A stretch of 64,000 nt of DNA from Candidatus Moraniibacteriota bacterium (lineage in GTDB: Bacteria > Patescibacteriota > Minisyncoccia > Moranbacterales > UBA1568), in assembly GCA_052035095.1 (NCBI GenBank), contig JBPOHW010000008.1, positions 3,060 to 67,059 of the forward strand, given 5' to 3'. A program made the position numbers and the translations under genes. A model generated the notes under the pieces. It made no database searches. It saw only the letters and a program-made list of their open reading frames with translations, and had not been told where the DNA came from. Shown here in pieces: positions 57,203-64,000 of the stretch (the first letter of the stretch is position 1; the number at the start of each line of letters is the position of its first letter).

Positions 57203-58948
57203 TTATTTCAAAGACCCACCCCATTCAACTACGGTAAATCCTTTCCGATCCGGAGTATGAATCTCGAATGGCTTCACTGAAATTTTTTCGTCAAGCCCTC
57301 GGTATCGCATGAAAACTCTCACAACACTCTCCGGCTTCGGAACGACGTGAAGCGGAGCCATCTCATCAATCACTCCCTTCGGAAGAAACGTGATGAAATA
57401 ATACGGCTTGTTTTCGTTGAGCATTCTCGAAACCCAGAACTCCTTGAAATCTCTCGATTCCTGTGCGCTCAAACCAAGTTTCGCGAGTGTTTCATCAAAG
57501 AAGCTGTCAAGGTTCGCCTTTTCAATGACAAACCCCGACTCATCGGACAGATATGACGAGTGCGCATTCCCTTCCCAGAAAAGATACGGGTATCGCTTTC
57601 CATCTGAAGCGTTGGTGAGCTGTCCATCGGGACGCGCCATCACATTCCAGCCGCTTCCGTACAAAGGGTCGGAAAATGTCAAACCGTCATTCGGTTCGAC
57701 ACGCACAGAAACATTTTCGGTTTTTTCGGGATAGAGGTAAATAACCGGCTTGCCGCATCCACCCGCGATAACATAGCTGTCATTGACAAACTTCATGAGA
57801 TTTCCAAGGGGATCCCTCCAGAAAAAGACAAGATGCTTCCCATTTACAAAATCATCATAGGCAGTATCTTTTTGAAAAAAATTCGAGTCCCCAAAACTGG
57901 AAACACTATCCATATTCTCTTTATACCAATCCTTGAGATACTGGGTATTTTTGTCTTTGTACTCATAAATGGCATCGCCGTACATCGTCTTCCCTGCCAA
58001 TACGAGATCGTCGGTCGTGACGACATCATCGGCAACGGGACCAGACGAACCGCATCCGCCGCCAGGATATATCCGCCTAAAAGTATCCGCGGATTTCCAC
58101 CCGTCACTCCATGTTATTTGAGGAACATCATTTTTCAAAAAATCAGGGATGAGAGCATACTGAACTTCCGTTCCGTATGGGGATCGAAAGGAAATTGTTT
58201 CAGTACCGTCTGACGGAACATTTAAGAAAGCCGGACCGAATATCGGATCGACATGGGCAAGAGTCAAATTTCGTTTGTCTGTTTTTGGATCGAAAAAAGC
58301 TTCGTCAGAACTGGCGAGAGAGACGCTTTGAAGTTCAAAAATCGCCCCTCTAAATGTTACATAGCCCGGATAATCCAAAGAATGTATCGTTTTATTATCA
58401 AAAGATTCAGCTAGAGCAACAACAGTATCACGATTATCGAGACCAAACAACTTAAAAAAATCTCCCGAGGAATAAAGCATGTACTGTTCGTAGCGGACCT
58501 GCTCATTGGGCGTTCCTCGATTCCATACACTTTTCGAAAAAAGAAAATACGGAACTCCTCCGGGACCACTGTTTGGATCATCAAAAACAAGAAAAATTAT
58601 AGTATCCCCATTTGAATTACTGCCAACCTCCCATGCCTTCATATTGGAACGTGCCACATCCCCGTCCGAGCCCTTCTGAAAAAACTCTGGCGTCTCAATC
58701 GGCTTTCTCTCGACATACCACTGTATGGTTCCGTCGTCGAGCGCGAACCCGGCTCTCGCGGGGGATGCCACATCCGATGTTCCCTTCGCAAACTCCGCCT
58801 TTTGTGGCGCAATCAGTACCGGTTGTTTTTGGAATTGTGAAATACCAAAAAGAACTTTCCGGCTCGCGAGAAAAAATGAGACCGACACCACAGCGGACAC
58901 AAGGGCAAAAGCGCAAATCGCTATACCGAACTTAATTTGTTTGGACAT
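57203..58948 (-). CDS. membrane-anchored extracytoplasmic hypothetical protein
   Basis: 581 aa; N-terminal TM anchor [23 protein letters not shown]; Gly/Asp/Tyr-rich ectodomain with two GGCG motifs; no known domain. Confidence 0.55.
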   Translation of the reverse strand: MSKQIKFGIAICAFALVSAVVSVSFFLASRKVLFGISQFQKQPVLIAPQKAEFAKGTSDVASPARAGFALDDGTIQWYVERKPIETPEFFQKGSDGDVARSNMKAWEVGSNSNGDTIIFLVFDDPNSGPGGVPYFLFSKSVWNRGTPNEQVRYEQYMLYSSGDFFKLFGLDNRDTVVALAESFDNKTIHSLDYPGYVTFRGAIFELQSVSLASSDEAFFDPKTDKRNLTLAHVDPIFGPAFLNVPSDGTETISFRSPYGTEVQYALIPDFLKNDVPQITWSDGWKSADTFRRIYPGGGCGSSGPVADDVVTTDDLVLAGKTMYGDAIYEYKDKNTQYLKDWYKENMDSVSSFGDSNFFQKDTAYDDFVNGKHLVFFWRDPLGNLMKFVNDSYVIAGGCGKPVIYLYPEKTENVSVRVEPNDGLTFSDPLYGSGWNVMARPDGQLTNASDGKRYPYLFWEGNAHSSYLSDESGFVIEKANLDSFFDETLAKLGLSAQESRDFKEFWVSRMLNENKPYYFITFLPKGVIDEMAPLHVVPKPESVVRVFMRYRGLDEKISVKPFEIHTPDRKGFTVVEWGGSLK

Positions 58949-58991
58949 ACTTCATCATAAGAAAGTTACACAACTACAGTATACACCACTT

Positions 58992-59038
58992 GACTTCCCC
59001 GCATTCGGCAACCCAACAATACCAGCTTTGAGAGACAT
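58992..59038 (-). pseudogene. second duplicated 5' fragment of ychF (47 bp, 4 mismatches)
   Basis: ATGTCTCTCAAAGCTGGTATTGTTGGGTTGCCGAATGCGGGGAAGTC shares the CAACCC variant with fragment A rather than with the intact gene. Confidence 0.8.
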
Positions 59039-59063
59039 AGAAATAAAATCGAAAAACTGAAAT

Positions 59064-59357
59064 TTAGAAACTCAGAAAATCATTAACGCGTCTAAGAACG
59101 AGAACATATAACCCTGTAAACATTAACCAAATGAGAGCCTGTAGGAAGATTTTACTCTTCATAAAATCGGTCTTGTTTATCATCTCAAAAACTTTAGCAA
59201 AAGAACCAAAAATAAAGGTGGCGAGAGATATCTTTAGAGCCAATTCATTGACAGACCAAATGGATATTAAAAATCCAAAACCGCCAAAGATTCGAAAACC
59301 TCTCCCTATATTGAGAGTTTTTAAAACTTCATCAACCTTACCAAGATTAAGATCCAT
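59064..59357 (-). CDS. small membrane protein (AT-rich)
   Basis: 97 aa, two TM helices; local AT content is much higher than in flanking DNA. Confidence 0.35.
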   Translation of the reverse strand: MDLNLGKVDEVLKTLNIGRGFRIFGGFGFLISIWSVNELALKISLATFIFGSFAKVFEMINKTDFMKSKIFLQALIWLMFTGLYVLVLRRVNDFLSF

Positions 59358-59377
59358 AACATCATCTGATAAAAAAT

Positions 59378-60214
59378 CTATTTCAGTCTATTTGCATCAC
59401 TTCCACCACCAAGAAAGTTTTTCCCGCTCACTATCTTCTTTCCGGTTTTCGCTTCCAACTCCAATCGCGCGTTTTTTGCTACCCGCCCACCTTTCCGTGC
59501 CGGAACTTTGTTTGCTTCCAAACCCTTTGTCCGCATCGTTTCGGCGATGTGTCGGGTGGAAAGTTCGGCAAGCGCGGTAAATACCAGTTCCGCGTCACTC
59601 ATGTGGTCGCGTAAATTTTCTCTTTCGAGACTTTTCAAATTCTTGTGTTCCTTCACGGTAAGGTCGCTCCATTCCCGATGAATGATATCCGCAAGAATCG
59701 CATACTCGTCCCGCCCTCTGACTTCGTTTTCTTTCCAGTAGTCGGTCAGTTTATTGCGAATTTCCTGCCCCATCATTCTCTGCTGTATCCATTTCTCGCT
59801 CCGCCCCATACCCAGCCAATATTCTCGAGAACGGTTGAGTGCCTTTTCCGGATCATTCATCTCTTCCATGCGTTCATACCCCACCCGCGCGAGCCAGAGC
59901 TTCACCGGCTCGGCTTTGGAACTGGGAATTGACTGAATTATCCTTAAGAGATGTTCTGGGTTGCCTGCGAGCGTTTTCCTTTTTTTTCCTGTTTCAGTCA
60001 ACATTTCTACCTGGGGACAATGTGTCCCTATGTATGTTCCAACTTCAGGATCTCTTTTTCGAAGTTTCTTTAAATAATCCGTCGGATTGAGACTTTCGGT
60101 TAGTACAGAGATAATATCAACCAGCGAGAAGTACCACTTCTCTTCTTTTTCATTCCACACCCGTCGAATCTTCCGCCCTTCAAAAACTGTCAAATTTTCG
60201 GGTATGTCATTCAT
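59378..60214 (-). CDS. Bro-N domain / DinD-like protein, paralog 2
   Basis: Same architecture and length (278 aa) as 40074-40910, with roughly half the residues identical; LRDHMSDAELVFTAL DinD-like C-terminus. Confidence 0.65.
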   Translation of the reverse strand: MNDIPENLTVFEGRKIRRVWNEKEEKWYFSLVDIISVLTESLNPTDYLKKLRKRDPEVGTYIGTHCPQVEMLTETGKKRKTLAGNPEHLLRIIQSIPSSKAEPVKLWLARVGYERMEEMNDPEKALNRSREYWLGMGRSEKWIQQRMMGQEIRNKLTDYWKENEVRGRDEYAILADIIHREWSDLTVKEHKNLKSLERENLRDHMSDAELVFTALAELSTRHIAETMRTKGLEANKVPARKGGRVAKNARLELEAKTGKKIVSGKNFLGGGSDANRLK

Positions 60215-60245
60215 AGCCCATCAAACAAGTAAAACTTTGAACTTT

Positions 60246-60782
60246 TCATTGTAAACTTCGCACCCTATACAAACACCATGCCGACAGAAAGCGGCTGTTT
60301 TCCACGTCACCCTTTCGGATCATGGTTTCGATTTCCTCTTCCGTGAACCAAAAGCTCTCGATCGCGCCTTCTTCTTCCGGATCGGGCGGAAGCGACTCCT
60401 CCTTCAAGTCTTCGCCGACAAAAACATACATCCGCCCCTTGGATCGGCGATGATCATAGTAGTAGTCACCGATCACCGTGAGCCTCCCCGCGCGATAGCC
60501 CGCTTCTTCCATCAGTTCACGGTTGGCGCCCACATCAACACTCTCGTCCGGCAAGAGGAGCCCGCCCGGGAGCTGATAGATGTGTTCGTTGGGCGGATAG
60601 GAATACTCGCGCTGAACGAGGATTTTGCCGTCGGTTCGGCGACAAATCACCGTCGCGCCATCAACCGCGTGCTTGGTATGAAGGTAGGTTGAACGAGTCC
60701 CATTGGGAAGCTCAACCTCGTCTTCGAGGAGCGTCACCTTGGGATGCATAAATACCTCTTTCGAGGAGAGTTTTTTCCACAT
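60246..60782 (-). CDS. NUDIX hydrolase (ADP-ribose pyrophosphatase-like)
   Basis: Canonical Nudix box GGLLLPDESVDVGANRELMEEAGY (GX5EX7REUXEEXGU). Confidence 0.8.
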   Translation of the reverse strand: MWKKLSSKEVFMHPKVTLLEDEVELPNGTRSTYLHTKHAVDGATVICRRTDGKILVQREYSYPPNEHIYQLPGGLLLPDESVDVGANRELMEEAGYRAGRLTVIGDYYYDHRRSKGRMYVFVGEDLKEESLPPDPEEEGAIESFWFTEEEIETMIRKGDVENSRFLSAWCLYRVRSLQ

Positions 60783-60884
60783 ATGACCCTATCTTGACGA
60801 CTCTTCCCCAAGCTGTCAATCTTGGGGAAACAACCAACTGGCAACAGACAACTGACAACAAGAAAGCCCTTTTGAACTCCGCAT

Positions 60885-60950
60885 CATTATTCATTCTCTA
60901 CTCTTCATTCTTAATTCCTCATTCTTAATTCTTCATTCTTAATTCTCTCC
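60885..60950 (+). repeat. tandem 11-12 bp repeat (TCATTCTTAATT x3-4) in the PGM 5' leader
   Basis: ttcattcttaattcctcattcttaattcttcattcttaattctc directly upstream of the ATG at 60954. Confidence 0.7.
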
Positions 60951-60953
60951 CCT

Positions 60954-62291
60954 ATGAATCCCTCTATCTTCAAGGCCTACGATATCCGAGGCGTGTACGG
61001 GCAAGATTTCGACGAAGGCGACGCCTACAAGATTGGTCGAGCGACGGTTGAAGTATTGAAACTCAAAACAATCGCCCTCGGACGCGATGCGCGCGTATCA
61101 AGTCCGGCTCTTTTTGAAGCATTTGCGAAGGGCGCAAGAGAAAGCGGTGCCGACGTGATTGATTTGGGACTCCTCACGACACCGATGGTGTACTTTGCCT
61201 CGTGGACGCTCGACGTCGATGCCGCCGTCTCCATCACCGCCTCCCACAATCCGCCCGAGTACAATGGCATGAAGATTGCTCTCAAAAACGCGCTCCCCGT
61301 CGGGGAAAAGAGCGGACTCTTTGAGATTCGAGACCGCGTGATCGCGGGAACATTTGAAAATTCCGGAACAATGGGAACACTTTCGACACAAGATATCAAG
61401 CCCGCATACTACGATCACTTTTCAACATTCGCAAAACTCGGAGACAAAACATTCAAAGTGGTGATCGATACGGCAAACGCGATGGGCATCCTCGAACTTC
61501 CGATTTTCAAAATGTTCCCGAAGAATATCAAACTTGTCACGATGTATGACGACCTCGACCATCCCTTCTCGACGCACGAGGCGAATCCCCTCAAAACAGA
61601 AACGCTCGACGAGCTCCGCGAGCGCGTCATCGCCGAGCACGCCGACCTCGGTATCGCCTTCGACGGCGACGCGGACCGTGTCGGCTTTGTGGACGAAACG
61701 GGCGCGATCATTCCGATGGACCATATGACCGGCATCATCGCCAAGGAAGTGTTGAAATCACATCCGGGCGCGACTATTCTCTATGATCTCCGCTCTTCGA
61801 AAGCCGTGAAAGAGGTGATCGAAGAAGCGGGCGGGATCGCCAAGGAATGCAAGGTGGGACACGCCAATATCAAACAACAAATGCGCGATGACCAAGCGGT
61901 CTTTGCCGGCGAGCTCTCGGGTCACTACTATTTCCTCGAAAATTCCTACGCCGAAGCGGGGTCGCTCGCGGCGCTCATGATCCTCTCCGTGATGAGCGAA
62001 ACCGGACAAACTTCCTCCCAACTCGCGCACGATCTCAAGCGCTACGCGCACTCGGGAGAAATAAACAGCGAAGTCGAAAACAAAGACGAGGTACTGCAAA
62101 GGCTGGAACAAGAATATGCCGACGGAAACATTTCCCATCTCGACGGCGTGAAAATAGATTTCCCCGACTGGTGGTTCAATGTCCGCCCCTCCAACACCGA
62201 GCCACTCCTCCGCCTCAACCTCGAAGCCAACACGGAAGCGCTCATGATCGAGAAACGAGGCGAGGTGCTCGGGATTATACGGAAAAAATGA
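60954..62291 (+). CDS. phosphoglucomutase/phosphomannomutase-family enzyme
   Basis: Active-site loop TASHNPPEYNGMK; metal-binding FDGDADR; sugar-binding GELSGHYYF. Confidence 0.85.
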   Translation: MNPSIFKAYDIRGVYGQDFDEGDAYKIGRATVEVLKLKTIALGRDARVSSPALFEAFAKGARESGADVIDLGLLTTPMVYFASWTLDVDAAVSITASHNPPEYNGMKIALKNALPVGEKSGLFEIRDRVIAGTFENSGTMGTLSTQDIKPAYYDHFSTFAKLGDKTFKVVIDTANAMGILELPIFKMFPKNIKLVTMYDDLDHPFSTHEANPLKTETLDELRERVIAEHADLGIAFDGDADRVGFVDETGAIIPMDHMTGIIAKEVLKSHPGATILYDLRSSKAVKEVIEEAGGIAKECKVGHANIKQQMRDDQAVFAGELSGHYYFLENSYAEAGSLAALMILSVMSETGQTSSQLAHDLKRYAHSGEINSEVENKDEVLQRLEQEYADGNISHLDGVKIDFPDWWFNVRPSNTEPLLRLNLEANTEALMIEKRGEVLGIIRKK

Positions 62292-62710
62292 TTTTCATGC
62301 CTATGGAATTTTCTCATCCGGCAATGAATCTCCAAGAAAAAAAGCCTCTTGTTTTTACGGCACTCTCAAAAAAATATTTCTACATGAGAATGTTGATCGT
62401 AAAATACGTCCTCGAAAACGGGTACGTGCCAATCAATCCGTTTATGTCATTTGACTATTATCTTGCGGACACAGTTGAGAGAGATATCATTCGCAACGCC
62501 AACAACAACCTCGTGGCGCTCGCGGACGAACTCTGGGTATTCGGATCAATAAGTAACGGGGTTATGGCAGAAATACGGCAAGTTCAAAATATGAAAAAAC
62601 CAATTCGATTCTTTTCAATAGAGAACGATAGAGATATTTCAGAAATTTCAAGAAACAAGCTTATTTTCGAAGATGGCATGGAGGAGTTCAAAGAAGAGCT
62701 GGAAAGGTAG
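62288..62710 (+). CDS. nucleoside 2-deoxyribosyltransferase-like (DUF4406-like) protein
   Basis: ADELWVFGSISNGVMAEIRQ fits the deoxyribosyltransferase-like Rossmann pattern (D..W..S.G...E). Start overlaps the PGM stop (ATGA). Confidence 0.4.
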   Translation: MIFMPMEFSHPAMNLQEKKPLVFTALSKKYFYMRMLIVKYVLENGYVPINPFMSFDYYLADTVERDIIRNANNNLVALADELWVFGSISNGVMAEIRQVQNMKKPIRFFSIENDRDISEISRNKLIFEDGMEEFKEELER

Positions 62711-62713
62711 GGA

Positions 62714-63127
62714 ATGAATCCGATTTCAAAACGGCAAGAACTAACTATGGAGAAAGAAATTATTGCGCGACTTCATAAGAATTTTGAGGAATACGCTCAC
62801 CGAGAAGGCGATGTGGAATTTTGGTATGCGCGGGAACTTCAGCAACTTCTTGGATACGATAAGTGGAGTAATTTTGAGGGAGTTATAGAGAAAGCAAGAA
62901 CTGCCTGCGAAACCGCCAAACAAAAGGCTTCAGACCATTTTGCCGACGTCGGCAAAATGGTTGATCTTGGCTCCGGAAGCAAGCGAGAAATTCAGGACAT
63001 CATGCTCACTCGTTACGCGTGCTATCTCATCGCGCAAAACGGCGACCCTCGAAAGGACGAGATCGCGTTCGCGATGACCTATTTCGCCATTCAGACCAGA
63101 AAGCAAGAAATACGCTTCGAATATTGA
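62714..63127 (+). CDS. DinD-like Bro-N domain protein, N-terminal half only (137 aa)
   Basis: SDHFADVGKMVDLGSGSKREIQDIMLTRYACYLIAQNGDPRKDEIAFAMTYFAIQTRKQE closely matches the conserved core of E. coli DinD, but the ORF stops at about half the usual length. Confidence 0.6.
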   Translation: MNPISKRQELTMEKEIIARLHKNFEEYAHREGDVEFWYARELQQLLGYDKWSNFEGVIEKARTACETAKQKASDHFADVGKMVDLGSGSKREIQDIMLTRYACYLIAQNGDPRKDEIAFAMTYFAIQTRKQEIRFEY

Positions 63128-63208
63128 TACAAATACAAATAGAGTTTTGCAAAAAATAAAAGACGCCAAGTGGATTCACTTGACGTCCCCTTTCAAGATT
63201 CTACGCGT

Positions 63209-63499
63209 TTACGCGTTAGTCGAATCGATTTTCAATCCATTGGCTCGAAGCGAAAGACTTTTAAAAAGCGCCTCTAAGTGAGAAAAATCTTTATAGGATT
63301 CAATGAAAGGTATCCATCCCCCGGATGTTAAGGAGAAAATTTCTATCCGGAAAAGAGCTCTCCCTCCTTGTGCATCAGGAACAAGGGAAATAGTTCCCTT
63401 CACAAATGCCCCCAAAAATGGCCCTCGACATGTCACAACTCCAAACGAACCCGCACCAGATGCATCTTGAGTTTTCCACTCTATAACATCGCTAGACAT
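63209..63499 (-). CDS. hypothetical protein
   Basis: 96 aa ORF, no motif. Confidence 0.25.
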   Translation of the reverse strand: MSSDVIEWKTQDASGAGSFGVVTCRGPFLGAFVKGTISLVPDAQGGRALFRIEIFSLTSGGWIPFIESYKDFSHLEALFKSLSLRANGLKIDSTNA

Positions 63500-63629
63500 T
63501 TCGAATATCCTCTTGTTTGCGTAACAACCTATAAACCTGTGAATTACACAGGAATCAACCCTTTACTATCTATACATAGATTTACAAATAAGTCAAATAA
63601 TTTTTCTTGAGGGGATTGAAAAAATACAT

Positions 63630-64000
63630 ATGTCTCAAATATCCATCCAAAAAGTCCTTCTCGCCTCCCCGCGCGGGTTTTGCGCGGGGGTGGCGCGCGC
63701 GGTAAAGACGGTCGAGGATACGCTCGATATTTTCGGCGCGCCGGTCTATATCAAGCACGAAATCGTCCACAACAAAACCGTGGTGGAGAATTTGGAAACG
63801 CGCGGCGCGATCACCGTCGACAGCGCCGAAGAAATTCCCGAGAACGCCGTCGTCGTCTTCTCCGCGCACGGTTCGCCTCCCGAAGACTTCGAAATCGCCA
63901 GGAAGAAGAATTGCACCGTGATTGATGCAACGTGTCCTCTCGTCAACAAGGTCCACCTCGAAATGCATCGCTTCCTCAAGGACGGCTACTCGGTCGTCTA
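63630..64000 (+). CDS. ispH: 4-hydroxy-3-methylbut-2-enyl diphosphate reductase IspH/LytB (5' part, runs off the window)
   Basis: MSQISIQKVLLASPRGFCAGVARAVK is the IspH N-terminal signature (first Fe-S Cys). No stop before the window end. Confidence 0.85.
   Translation, partial: MSQISIQKVLLASPRGFCAGVARAVKTVEDTLDIFGAPVYIKHEIVHNKTVVENLETRGAITVDSAEEIPENAVVVFSAHGSPPEDFEIARKKNCTVIDATCPLVNKVHLEMHRFLKDGYSVV

Overview
This 64 kb window reads as a small-genome bacterium, possibly of the CPR/Patescibacteria type (tentative), with a GC-rich core interrupted by several AT-rich accessory patches. No rRNA and no CRISPR array were seen.

Core genes I can support from motifs:
- GreA and a second Gre-like paralog
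- UvrA, DprA and topoisomerase I
- a short Rel/SpoT
- groEL with a CIRCE operator and a sigma70-like promoter, but no groES in the window
- YchF, phosphoglucomutase/phosphomannomutase (PGM/PMM) and IspH (running off the 3' end)
- a bifunctional MsrA/MsrB
- an MsbA-like ABC exporter, a PIN-PhoH (YlaK) protein, an HI0933-type flavoprotein, TspO and an AlkD-like DNA alkylation repair protein
- a type IV pilus locus (PilM, PilN, PilO, PilC, three pilin-like proteins)
- five tRNAs (Asp-GTC, Met-CAT, fMet-CAT, Ile-GAT, Ala-TGC) plus two decayed tRNA-like copies

Most interesting observations:
1. A four-gene operon encoding an E2-like (UBC motif PNIDGDGRVCL), a JAB/JAMM protease, a ThiF/E1-like protein and an 83-aa Gly-terminated beta-grasp protein. 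This is a Bil/Bub-type bacterial ubiquitination-like defence module. It is inserted directly upstream of ychF and is bracketed by two decaying duplicates of the first about 80 and 47 bp of ychF, which looks like nested integration scars.
2. An AT-rich island beside the tRNA cluster that carries an OLD/PARIS-like ABC-ATPase plus TOPRIM nuclease, a small TM protein and an XRE regulator.
3. A tightly coupled five-gene operon: Gre paralog, dTMP-kinase-like, MoaA-like radical SAM, CYTH, GreA. The radical-SAM and TMK-like kinase pairing is reminiscent of viperin/CMPK2.
4. An excisionase-like HTH gene immediately followed by a 1262-aa protein with no motif I recognise.
5. Several repeat families:
   - a roughly 95 bp intergenic repeat in three copies
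   - a short motif upstream of start codons
   - a GGTGTATACTG promoter-like box
   - a 20-bp GC palindrome found once inside a tRNA D-loop and once, flanked by 9-bp direct repeats, upstream of ychF
   - GTAG/CATTC-rich inverted repeats in the pilus locus

Many long ORFs in the six-frame track lie antisense to well-supported genes in GC-rich DNA and were not called.
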